A stretch of 63,784 nt of DNA, the filler included, from Intoshia linei (Eukaryota; Animalia; Orthonectida): the NCBI GenBank assembly GCA_001642005.1. It is 4 parts of 4 records of this genome, joined end to end, with 100 filler letters (N's around TTAATTAATTAA, not from the genome) between each part and the next. Parts side by side here need not be neighbours in the genome. Positions count along the whole stretch, not along the records: positions 1 to 24,160 come from LWCA01000542.1; positions 24,261 to 27,981 come from LWCA01002048.1; 2 more parts are not named here. The stretch is one strand, 5' to 3'. Under the pieces are notes generated by a model. It made no database searches, was not told the origin of the DNA, and was given only the letters and a program-made list of their open reading frames with translations. Both the position numbers and the translations under genes were made by a program. Positions 13,667 through 25,667 of this stretch are shown piece by piece (position 1 is the first letter of the stretch; the number at the start of each line of letters is the position of its first letter).

Positions 13667-14182
13667 TTAATCAAATAGACCTAAATAAAAAATTGTACAT
13701 TAATAATTTTAAGTAAATTTACCAAATCCATTATCACTTCCACTGTCTTCTTCCTCGCTTTCTTCTATAAAAATGGATTAATTTTATTCACAGTACAAAA
13801 ACCTTTCTTTTCCTCAACCGGGGCACTTGTAGTTTCAACTGCTGCAGTGGTAGGTGCAGATACAGTATTAACCGAAGATGCATTTGTCAATAGCGTTTGC
13901 ATATAATCTTTCTGCTGACAACATTTTGCAAAGGCTTCTAAAGATCATACATAAACACAATTTAGAAATAAATACAAATTTTATTTAATCTTAATTGAAT
14001 TACTTGTATAAAAGGGTTCGATTGAAATATCGGCGGCAGACAAAACCTTTTCCAATTTATTTTCCTAAATTATCATATATTTTCGATATGTTGTGTGATA
14101 CTGTAACGGGCACGTTGTCGTCCAACATCATTAAACATGCATAAACACAAGCCATTTCTTTATTCAATTCTACAGTTGTCAT
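13667..14182 (-). CDS. RPLP1: 60S acidic ribosomal protein P1, 5 exons
   Basis: Exons 14182-14102, 14064-14004, 13937-13803, 13764-13723 and 13680-13667 give MTTVELNKEMACVYACLMMLDDNVPVTENKLEKVLSAADISIEPFYTKAFAK...EESEEEDSGSDNGFGLFD*, with the canonical P1 N-terminus and GFGLFD tail. Confidence 0.95.
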
Positions 14183-14823
14183 TTCTAATCAAATTTCAAA
14201 ATTCACGTGTGGTTGATATTAAAATAAATAGCAATTTTTGAACTTTATTGGAACTTTATTTCAAAATTACAAATTTTCATAAAATTTAAAGTAGGACTCT
14301 TTTATATTTAATTTTACAAGTTTTTTAATTGATTTAAAAATTGTGAGTGTCCCAACTATTACACTATTATGGGATGATACACATTAACGAATTTAAAATG
14401 TCTAATAAAGCGTTTAAAAATTATTGGCGTGTTGTTCATGAAAGTTGTAAAGATTTGTTTGAGCAGCGCTTCGGTTATAGGTAATTTAAACTTTTTTACA
14501 TCTTTTTATTTTCGTAAATATTTTTGTCAAGTTTATCAGTTATAGACAAAAAAAAATGTTTATTATAAATTATAATTTATCATGGATGGATAATGTAAAA
14601 TTTTAGATTATTTATGGTAATATATTAGTAAATAAATGATTATTGAAATGATAATTGGCGCAATTATCGTACTAGTGATCAACAGGTAATTTTTTTAGTT
14701 TCATCAAAATAGATAAAACTATAGAAATTAAACATTTAAAATTGAATTTATTTAACATTTACCACAGCTTTAACAAAGTTACAAAAATTTGACTCAAAAT
14801 GGAGTAACTTAAAATTTGAATTG

Positions 14824-17800
14824 ATGTCACCTGAAAAAGTCGGTGGTATTTATCATTTTTTTATTGTTTTTGTTTTAGGAAAAAAATGTATCAAAGTCGT
14901 TTTATATTGGAATGTTGAATGGCTTATGTGTCACAGTTTTATTACAACCATTTGATTTTATTAAAACCAATATTCAAATTTCCAAAATGAATTCGTTGTA
15001 ATTTTCGTATATTTATAAAAATTTATTTAGAGTACAACAATTTTCATCCCCCACCAAATTCATTCAATATTGGAGTGGCCTTACTCCTGTAATATTTATT
15101 TCATTCGGATGTAAATACTATCGAAAAAATAATAAAATTTTTTTTAATTTTTAATTTGAATCATACATTTTTTATAATATTGTTTGTTACAGGCAATTTT
15201 CAAATTTTGACAAGCAACGTGAATAATTAGAGTAAAATAAGAGATTAAATAAGAAATTAAAATTTGATTTGAAATTTGAATTGGATTAAAAAAATATTTT
15301 CTGGTGTGAACACCATGGAATATTTTTAATTTTTTTTGTAAAATGGTTTATAGGTAAAAAATTAATCTTAATATTTCAGTTTTAACTGGGGTTTGTAGTC
15401 TAAATAACCAACTTCAATTATTTAAATGATTTTTAACTTAAATTCTTAATTTTGTTACTTAATGCTGATTTTGTTAAACTAAGCTTCCGTTACCAAAGAC
15501 AATTAATTCACTCACTCTTCAAGTTCATACATTAGAACAAAATTCGTATCAATAGATCAATTGAAATTGAATACAGCGTTTATAATTTGAAAATTGCCTG
15601 TTAACATATACAAACTTGAATTACACATTACTTTAAATTATATACATTGTATTTGTAAATTTAGTCTATACTTCGAAATATCCCTGGAATTGCTATTTAT
15701 TTTTCGTCTTTTACGGCTTTAACAAATATAAGGTTATTTTTTGTTATCATTTAAACCAGTGGTTCTCAAAAAGGGGTATTGGTACCCCATAGGGATACCA
15801 TGTCGTCTCATTCTACGACTCACACTTTATGATTTATAAATTATAAATATTTTTAAATTTCATAATACATTTATGTATCTATTTTTGATGAAGTAGAGTT
15901 TAACTAACTATTTATTTTATTTGATTTTTTTTTAATATACATGGTATCATAGTTACAATAAATAGAAATTATGGGTACCAACTGCGAAGTATGTTGAGAA
16001 CCGTTGATTTAAACCGACCATTCCCAATCTGTTTTCTTTGAGATCTCTAAAAATTGATCGACAAAACGTGTACCTTTGATGACAAAGTTCAAAGTCAACA
16101 CCAATATTTTTACCCCAAAAATTATCAATAAAATGAGATATGTTTCGTTCATATTTATATTTTACAAAAATTTCGATTTTTCTAATGTATTTCTTTCAAC
16201 TTCATGAATTTTTAATAATTCTTTAATATTTTCTCGACCATTTTATATTTTAAACGGTTTAAAAGTTGACTTCTGAAAATTTACCACAAATAATCTGATG
16301 TTAAGTTATAACAATTAAAAAAAATTTTTCAAATGTATTGGATTCAGATTTTTGGCGGCCTTATAGTCATGTAAATGTGTATATTTTTTCGTAGTTGATT
16401 TTATAATACGGCCGAGTCACCGATAATTGCCCATTCCGTGTCACTATTAAAAAAATGTATATATAAAAGTTTAATTTTCAGTAACTTCAAAGTTCTCTTC
16501 CAAAAATTTGATATTAATAATTGATAAATTTTCGTTAAATAGTATTCTTCTTTACATTTCTGAATATCACCTTCAGAATGGTGCATATGGACCTCTGTGT
16601 ATATGAAAAACATTGTATTATAATTACATTGTCTTTATATTTTCTATTGGCACTCTAGTTAATCATAAAATTGAAATTATGTTTAAAATCAAAAATTTTC
16701 CAGACCTCATATTGCGAATAATTTGTTTAGCTACAATTTCGCCATTATCTAAAATACTAACCAACCCTGAAACCTTCGAATAACAAGAGACGAATCTACT
16801 AAATTCGAGGCCACCCGAAAATAAAAAATAAGTTCATAATAAAATGTTTAGCAAACGATGCTTATTGTAAAACAGCCCCTAGCCACCTCTTCAAGTCACG
16901 TGACTTGACATTTTAAATTTAACGAATAAAATAGTTGATATTCAAGAAAATAATTTTTTAATGCAAATTTGTAAGAATGAGACCACAATTTTACAAAAAT
17001 TTCGTTGAGCTCCTCCGATAATGAGTATCGGGTACAATAGATTCGGCACTAACTCAAACACTTGGTTACTTTTTCAGAAAGTTCAAGTTAGATTTTTTAA
17101 TACATTTCTATAATTTAATTTTGCCGTTTTGTGATGGAATTTAAATTTTTTTTGGTTAATTAAAATTAAAATAATTTATTAATAAATATTACCAATTGCA
17201 TCGTTAGAATATGTAAAAAGCAATTTTATTAGATAGAAGGTGATATTGGTAATCTGAGAACATGAAATTACTATTTTATTTTTTTAGATTAAAAATGAAC
17301 AATACTAAAATGAATTCCTTTGAATTTTTTGGTTTATCCTTTATTTCTCGTTCTTTTGCTGGTATGTGTTTATTGCCGTTTACAATACTTAAAGTGCGAT
17401 ATGAGGTTATTTTAAATTACTTTTATAATTATTCAAAGGTGTGCTTTAGAGCAGTAGGTCCCGTATGAGAAAAGGTTAAGAAGCATGACTTAAAACAGCG
17501 GTGGGGAAAGTACTGCCTTATTGTCGATTTGGTGCGGCCTTCTGAACAATTTGAATTATTTTTCATTTACATTTAATAAAATATTAATTTTTGGAAAAAT
17601 ATTGGTAAAAGCGGTTTTTTTTCTTAAGAGTTGATAAAATTAGGTTTTTCTTTTGGGATCAGATAGGGAGATTTATGATCTAAAAGTTTGGTAAAATGGG
17701 GTTTTTCAAAAAAATATTGATAAAAGCTGATTTTTCCTGAAGGGTTGGTAAAAATTTGGTTTTTTCTCATATGAATTTACTAAATTGAATAAAATATGCT

Positions 17801-19309
17801 AAAAATATATCATTCACCCCTTGGGGTGACCACTCACCCCATGAGAAGCACTGCTGTATTTGATTAAATTTTATTTAGAAAGGTGCGGCCTTCGATCCGT
17901 AAATGCTTCCCCACCTCTGACTTAAACTAACGTTTCCCAACTGAATCTGAGAAATGTTGATTGTTAATGGAGTGGTTACTTTTTATGGAATAGCCTTACA
18001 TTTTTTAGATATTATTCGGTGTGCTTCTATAAATATTTATCATTATTGATGTGTGAATTATGAAAAAATTTTAAATCCGCAAAAACCATAAATGCACGAA
18101 TCAAATTTTGAATTATACATAATTGACGAAATATGCATTAGAAATAACCCAGTCATACATTATATATTTGCTGTTTATAAACAGTGTTTAGTGTTAATGT
18201 TGATATTAATATAATTTAAAGTTTAGTCTAGAAAATACCAATATAAAACTATTTTATATGGTCTCAGAAGTATTTATTATTATGAAGGATTAAGAGGTAT
18301 TTTCCTATATGTAATCCTAACTTATATATTACAATTATTATTAATTATTAATAAAACATTTGTAGTTTGTCTGTGTTATCGTTTATTTCAATAAGTAGTA
18401 ATTCCAGAATATTAAAAAACACAAATTCTAAACAGATTTGTCCGGGGACAATGTAAGATAAAATTCAATCTTAGAAACTCACATTTTAACAATCAAAAAC
18501 TACAATTATCATTTTTTTGAAAATCAAACGAGTCCTAGAGTTTAAAAAAATATATACACTCAGATACAGATTTTAAAATCATGAACATTCTCATTAATCT
18601 TTAGTGCCAAAACTGAAAATTACCCTTTTTAAAAATTATTACATTGTATTTTTAATGACGTAAGTTTTTTCTAGTTTTTTTAAATTTTATCTCATAAAAA
18701 TCAATGTATGTTTTCGCACTCAACATTTACTAATTACTTTTTACACAGTACAAAATATTCTTGTTGTTTATGAAGTATTAAATGTTTGTATAGGTTTATT
18801 TGCCGGAATGATACCTACAATTTTACGCGATTCTCCATATTCAGCTATATATGTTGCTTTATATTATAAGTTTAAGCAAATGTATGACGTTGGTAAATTT
18901 TCCAAAAATAATTTACTATACAAATGTACTATAAAAGTCTTCATTTAGGCCCTACTCTACTTCTTGTACATATTATTATTCAAGTGAATTTAGATAAAAA
19001 TGTGAATGTATATATAAATATTTCGTGTGGTTTATTGGCTGGTACAATAGCTTCAACGTTGACTCACCCTGCTGATGTTATAAAAACTAATATGCAATAT
19101 AAATCTTCAAAAGATGTAACGATTCGTCGTCAAATTCAAAATATTTATTTGGTAATAAAGAAATATATACTTTGAATACACCATGTAATTATAATTTTTT
19201 AATTTAGCGTCAAGGAATAAATGGGTTATTTTACGGCTTACCAATTAGATGTGTAAAGAAATCTCTGACATCCACTATCTCCTGGTGTATTTACGATTAT
19301 TTATCTTGA
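14824..19309 (+). CDS. SLC25A38: Mitochondrial glycine carrier SLC25A38 (Hem25) orthologue, multi-exon
   Basis: Exons give LLQPFDFIKTNIQ, YWSGLTP, SILRNIPGIAIYF (15665-15732), SRSFAGMCLLPFTILKVRYE, SRKYQYKTILYGLRSIYYYEGLRG (18227-18296), LRDSPYSAIY, THPADVIKTNMQ and GLPIRCVKKSLTSTISWCIYD*. Three carrier PxDxxK-type motifs. Start codon uncertain. Confidence 0.9.
15757..16006. mobile_element. hAT Charlie/MER5-like MITE
   Basis: TIRs CAGTGGTTCTCAA / TTGAGAACCGTTG; perfect TSD ATTTAAAC at 15749-15756 and 16007-16014. Confidence 0.9.
17496..17919. mobile_element. hAT MITE
   Basis: TIRs CAGCGGTGGGGAA / TTCCCCACCTCTG; TSD ACTTAAAA / ACTTAAAC (7/8). Confidence 0.85.
18315..18650 (+). mobile_element. 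Helitron-like element, 5' fragment, in SLC25A38 intron
   Basis: A|TCCTAACTTATAT...TTTGTCTGTGTTATCGTTTATTTCAATAA start, colinear with the copy at 22827. Confidence 0.7.
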
Positions 19310-19437
19310 CAAAATATAATTTATAATTTATCTTTCAATTTACAATGTTATTTAATGTATTATTATTAATATATTATCAATGTATTACAATGTCAATATA
19401 ATAATTCAAAATAAAATATCTTATTGTACATCTAGAA

Positions 19438-19948
19438 CAATGGTTCCCGATTCCAATAGTGTACGGACCTCATTTCAAAATATTTATTTTTTTAAACCCC
19501 AAAGGAAACATGGAATATAAAACATTTATGAAAAAATTAAAGGTTTTTTTCATAAGATTTGGTAAAATCATTTTTCAAAAAAATAGATTTTTTCTTAAGG
19601 GTTGATAAATTGGATTTTTTATATTGTTGTTGAATTAAGTGGGTTTTTTAAAAAAATATCGGTAAAAATCTATTTATCCCTGGGTGTTTGAAATGGTTTT
19701 TTTATTCACTGTAAATTTTATTAATGGTGGAGTAAAAGTGGGGTTTTTTAAATAATAATGTAGCGATCGTATAGGCTTTGGAATACATTCCAAACATCTG
19801 GTAATTCTGTAATAAATATTTAAAATTCTCCTATAAAAATAAAGAAAATTTGATAAAAATTTGTTTATATTTTATTTGAATCTCACGGATCCCATACATA
19901 TAGTTTTGGACCCCTAACGGGTTCAGGATCTTCAATCGGAAACAACTG
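19438..19948. mobile_element. hAT MITE
   Basis: TIRs CAATGGTTCCCGA / TCGGAAACAACTG; perfect TSD ATCTAGAA at 19430-19437 and 19949-19956. Confidence 0.88.
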
Positions 19949-20570
19949 ATCTAGAACCTGGAAAATTTTCAATTTTTTTTACTAGATATCAAAATTCAAA
20001 GATTTCCAAATGTTGATATTTTTATACAATCTAAGTCCATTTTAACAGAATTTAATTTTTTTAAATAAAAACCATTAAATGGTCATATTTCTTGTTATTA
20101 TGAGCTTTTGAATAATACATGACGAAATAATATACACAAAACATTATCAACGGAGACCATGTCAACTCTTGGGGTCCACAGTAGTTTTTGGGGTTCATGA
20201 AAAATTTTATCAATTTTAAATTATTTACAGAAATAAAATTAAAAATGATATTTCCGCAATGATAGTAATTATTTCTAATTAACGCAATTTAATTCAATAT
20301 CTATTAAAAATGTAATAAATTGACTTCTAATCACTAAAAAAATTAGTCTATATTTATGAGTCATTAAAAATAGATTCTAGTGCTTTAAAAATAAAATTAT
20401 TATTAACCTTAATTATATTATTAAAATTTTTGGTTCATATAAATTCATTAAAAAAAATAAATAATTCAAAATTCCGTTAATAAGGACTTAGACTTTTACA
20501 AAGACACAAATTGATCAATGATAAGTAATAATATGGACCATAAATGTTTATTACAAAATACATATCAATT

Positions 20571-21514
20571 TTATTTACGTACTTTCATATCAATTAAATG
20601 ATACAGTAAAGAGTATATTATCGGTCTAAATTTAAAGACATTATGAGTGGTTAAATCTTTTCTATTTTTGTATATTACTATTTAAAAAAAGTATTGGAAA
20701 TTACAAAAGTCCAATTTCTAATAAAAATTTTCGACAGTGATGTAGTATCGCAAATTTCACTCAAATATTGAGCCTTCAGGGTCCAAAACAGAAATTACCC
20801 TTTTTTTATAAAAACATAAAGTTTGAGGTAGTTTTTAAAGTATTTAACATTATCGTAAGTTTTAACCTCAAAAACATATTAATCCCAAATTAACTTTTTT
20901 TATATAAAATAGCGCTATAATATAAAAATAATCACATCCAATACAGCTATAATAGTTAAAAATTTGTATATTTAATTAATGATAAAAAATTGGATCCAAC
21001 ACCGCCAAAATTATACGGCACAATGTATCGCTTGACAATACACCAATATGTACAAATAAGTAATTGATGAAATTACATTTGCAAAGTATCCTTTTCAATT
21101 TGTATGCCCAATTTATTCGAAATTTCTAAAACGTTTGTACTTTCATTATGAATGCATTCTAAAATTCAAATAAATTAAATACTACCATGAAATATTTGAT
21201 AAAACACCTACCCGATTTAAATATAGATTCGGTAGAAGAATAATTTTTAAAATTCAAATACTCGTGTATCATATAATGAATGATTCCGTCAACATCCTTA
21301 AATTTTTTCAAATGTTCATCCGTCTGATAAATAGAGTTTTCAGTTTCCGTTTCATTTATACATAACAATTTAAAAATATCACTTTTAAGCTGAACTTTGA
21401 CCTGGTCTAAACTTCCACTTTTTTCCAACTTATTCTTTATAGCTAAAATTAAAAGATGGCATTTAAAAGTTAAGAAATAGTCTTACAATTTTTTAATTCA
21501 TCGCAAATATCCAT
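20571..21514 (-). CDS. CEP20: LisH-domain centrosomal protein CEP20/FOR20 (FOPNL)-like, 4 exons
   Basis: MDICDELKNSIKNKLEKSGSLDQVKVQLKSDIFKLL...IIHYMIHEYLNFKNYSSTESIFKSE...IPIIYSLL matches the FOR20 pattern (ELK...LE..G.L...KA.IRAEVF; LI.ELIREYL.FN.Y..T.SV; PLLY). Short length fits FOR20 rather than FOP or OFD1. Confidence 0.8.
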
Positions 21515-21636
21515 TAGAAATAATTAAAAATACTAAATCTTCTAAACACCGCATAAACATTTTTACATTTCATACGCAAATAAATAAAGTTGAATTAAAC
21601 TATAACGTCGAGTTTAGTTTAATTTTTAAACTTGAC

Positions 21637-22536
21637 ATGTTTGTACTTGAAACGTTTAAGGATGAAATTGAAATAAAACCTTACCAATTTGGTTCAAATC
21701 TGAAACAACAAATCGCCCTCATCATAAACAAAAAATTTTCAAATTTAGTAAATTGATTAAGTTGGCATTAAAATTTTTAAATGTACATTTAGGTCATCTA
21801 TAATGTAGGACTTGCTATGCTATTACATGATATTATAAACATTGAGAAAAATGTAATCATGACAGGTTCAGCTTCTTGTTATTGCCTAGTCAAGTTTAGA
21901 CTTGTAATTTTTCGACCAGCTATATCTGAAATAATTACAGGACGAATTTACAAATCGACAAAAGACGGTGTTTATGTTACTATCAACTTTTTTCAAGATA
22001 TTTTAATTAGACCCGAACACTGTCAACAGCCTTATAGATTGTATGACTTTGAAATTTAATTATGATTGAATACTTATTTTTAGTGATGATATTGAAAAAT
22101 TATGGGTATGGGAATACTCGGATGATAATTCAGACGAAGAAGCTGAAACACAAGAAAAACACGACATGTTTATGGAACTTAATCAGGAAATTAGGTAAAA
22201 AATTGAAATTAATTGTGATGATATTTATTTTATTCACCGTGCGATACATTTTTTTCTTATATTATTTGGCGGTCTTTTTATTTTTGTTTGCCAGGTAATA
22301 TTGTTAAAAATATTTTAGTATCTCAATTTTGACATTAATTTTAATCTTAAACTCATATTTGTATGATGTTCTATGTAATTGCTAATTTTCTTATTCAAAC
22401 TTTTAGATTACGCGTAATCGACGAAACTTTTACAAAACTAAACCCATCAGAAATTGACAAAGGTGTACCTTATCAACTAAGTGGATCTATAAATGAATAT
22501 GGACTTGGGTTAGTTTCTTGGTGGCAAAATGTATAA
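21637..22536 (+). CDS. POLR3H: RNA polymerase III subunit RPC8/RPC25, 4 exons
   Basis: Exons 21637-21747, 21793-22040, 22084-22194 and 22407-22536 give MFVLETFKDEIEIKPYQF...VIYNVGL...FRLVIFRP...FFQDILI...LWVWEY...GSINEYGLGLVSWW. Confidence 0.95.
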
Positions 22537-22826
22537 ATTATGTAAATGAAATATTGGGAAATATTGAAAAAATGTAAATATTGTAATTATAAATTATAAA
22601 TTATAAAAAAATATTTATTACATTATTAAAATATTTTCTCATGTCGTATACACTGTCGGCATGTTTTATTATGAAATGGTGATTTAATAAATCACAATGT
22701 TTCGGTCTATTTTGAGCATCTTTTTGTAAACTAAATTTAAATTAACCGAAACGAATAAATAAAAAATATAATTTTTGAAAATTTTAGTTTTATGAATCAT
22801 CAAAAGAAAAAATTTCATTGAATAAA

Positions 22827-23190
22827 TCCTTACTTATATAATATACTATGTAATATTTGTTTGTGTGTGTGTGTTACCGTTTATTTCAATAACTACCAGT
22901 TTTAGAATTTTATAAAGTCCACATTTCAATTACAGTTTTTTCCGGGTGTAAGCAAAATAAATTTCAACCTCCCAAACGCACATCTTACGGGTCAAAAAGC
23001 CCAATTGTCCTTTTTTTGAAAATCAAACGAGTTCGAGAATTTAAAAAAATATATCTTCAAGGCCAAAACCCAAATTACCTTTCTTTTTTTTAATGAAAAC
23101 AGCCCTAGAATTAAAAAAATTTTACAGGTGGTACAGTTGTATCCTGTTAACACACACAAAAAATTCCAATCTTTATAACTAGGGCAATTT
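22827..23190 (+). mobile_element. Helitron-like element, 5' fragment with intact 5' terminus
   Basis: A|TCCTTACTTATATAATAT...TTTGTTTG(TG)nTTACCGTTTATTTCAATAAC. Confidence 0.75.
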
Positions 23191-23579
23191 TTTATTGATC
23201 TATAGAATAACACAAAAACTGATCTAAAAATTAAATTTACTGACTTTATCTGACCTTAAAATTTTTGTTTGTTTCTATAGTTAATACCAACTGAATCTAC
23301 CGTACCCAAAACCTTCCTTTCGTAGGCCTTACATTAAATCAATACAATATTTAATACACCTTAATTTTAATATTCGCATAGTCCCCGATCATGATGGTGT
23401 CGGTCACTTTAAATAATAAATTAATATGAATAAAACTTAAAATAAGGAATATTTATGAGTGTAATAATAAATATGAATAATAAAAAACTACAAACGATGT
23501 AAATTTCATTGTGTCATGTTAGAGATGTTGAAAATTATTAACGTTTATTGTAGTATAACATAATATACTTCTTAACATT

Positions 23580-24500
23580 ATCTGGTAAAAATTGCCTCTG
23601 TTTAGTTAGCAATTTTTTGAACAAACTGAAACTACGTCCAATACTATTTGTGGTAGATGGCGCTTTTCTTAATAAATTGTATAGATAAGGTAATATTTGT
23701 TCAATTTTATTGTTCATTGTATCATGAATATCATTTTTTTAAGTCAGGGATGGGCATCTGCGGCCTCTCAGAAATCACTTTTGAAATCACTCATAAACAA
23801 GGAAAATATTTCACAGATTCATTTTCCATACTTGAAAGAAACTTCAAGCAACACAACACCATCAGCCTCTATTCTTAAAAGATTTGAAACATATCTCGCA
23901 TCTTTATATGATCAATATATGACACGGTTTTAAGATTTTGAAAAATTTGAACTATCAATGCAACTTGTTTTTGAGTCACGCATGGTTAAGGTCGATGAAT
24001 GTAACGATAATTTTTAACTAGAGTTGATTGAGTTGTTAAATGATAATATATTAATTGACCGATTTCAGAAAAACCAAGATATCTTTGACATCTGGCGTCA
24101 TACCCAAAATTATCCACTTTTGCGTGAAAATGCAAGAAAGCTTTTAACAATTTTTTCAACNNNNNNNNNNNNNNNNNNNNNNNNNNNNNNNNNNNNNNNN
24201 NNNNTTAATTAATTAANNNNNNNNNNNNNNNNNNNNNNNNNNNNNNNNNNNNNNNNNNNNTTTGGATCTTGTCCTATCAGAAATTCATAAATATTGAAAT
24301 TATGTCCACCCTATTGTACAATATACAATTGTACTAAAAAAGAATCCATTATAATTTATAAATGTCAATTAAAAAACATTTAAATATACAATATGTAAAT
24401 TGTTAAGTCCCTCAAACAACTATAATCGTGCCCAAGTGAGACTTGCAACTGGCACTGACCTTAATACCCTATTAAAACGAAAAACCCAAATACATATTAT
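23580..24500 (+). pseudogene. Degraded hAT transposase (GTF2IRD2/EPM2AIP1/SPIN-like), spanning an assembly gap
   Basis: Frameshifted, stop-containing segments VHCIM, IHFPYLKE, YLASLYDQYMTRF*DFEKFE, ELIELLND, DIWRHTQNYPLLRENARKLLTIFS and VRLATGTDLNTLL. Confidence 0.75.
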
Positions 24501-25667
24501 CATAATAATTATGTGTATATTTTCCAATAATTTTTTTATATATAATATACACAAATTATACCTCTGTTATAATACACACTGAATTGGATGTTTGCTATTA
24601 AAAAGTATATATATAATGTAAATGGAATAAAACCATGCATTTTATTAAAGCTACAACATTCTTGTGTTTAAGTTGAGTTAAATTCTAAAAATTGATTAAT
24701 ATTTACAATGTTAAAAAAAACATAAAAAATGAAAAAAATACTTGTAAAATTTCAATTTCCTTATCCAGCAAGTCTTTAGATTTATAAATATCCCGTTTAT
24801 TTATGGACTTGATGGCTACATCGGTATTAGTCTAAATTAAAAAAATAAATAAACCAAATAAAAAGTAATAATTTCTGAACCAATTTGTTTCTTCCTTTAT
24901 AAACCACTGCAAAAGCACCGTGACCAATAACCTCATCTCTGGTAAATGCACAATCTTTTGACGACTCCATCAAAACCAAAAAATTTAGTTTATTCCCGTT
25001 ATAGTCTGTTCACTTTTAATTTAAATTAAAATGTTGGTAATTAGAAACGTGTTACTAAAACTGTAACCTATTTAAAATGTATGTAAATTGACATGGATCT
25101 AGTAACTCTGGTTTAATCTAATAACTTTAGAAAGAGAATTAGAAAAAATTAAAAGAAGGAAAATGAAAAGTAGCTATTGGAGATTATTTACAAAGTAAAA
25201 TTTACATTGCAAAATTACAGATATAATTGCTATAAAATTTCCACTGTAATGTGTAATGTATTGACTTTTTATATACAATCTGAGTATTTATATTAGTAAC
25301 TCAATTTGAGTTTCGGATTGCTACATTGTCAGACTACATTTCACACATTTGTATGATATACAACTTTGACTCAAAGTCTTTGTGCAAATTGTCAGTTTCA
25401 ATTTTGAAGTGAAATTTAAAGTTTATTTTCAAATGCAATAAATTTCTATGTACAAAAATGACATTTAATTGACAATCAGCTAGTAATAATCACCAGTCTA
25501 AGATAAAATTTTGATTATGATTTAGTAACTGAGAATTTATTGAATTGAGTTGAAACAGGTTCGTCATGAATAGATTTTGACAATGTCTATTCATAATCCA
25601 AATTGATTATCGGGAAATACATGACGATAAGAATATATTTTAGATTTCGTTTTTATTCAAGTTTTAA

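Noticed and set aside
22992-23213. ORF shared with 58863-59063 (LTGxNCTTCK...LGLFSLKK), which looked like a small CxxC protein family
   Set aside because: Both lie inside copies of the Helitron-like repeat, and the frame is broken in other copies.
24161-24260. TTAATTAATTAA palindrome embedded in N runs (also at ~28026 and ~54201)
   Set aside because: An identical all-frame-stop spacer in three scaffold gaps; this is an assembly artefact, not biology.
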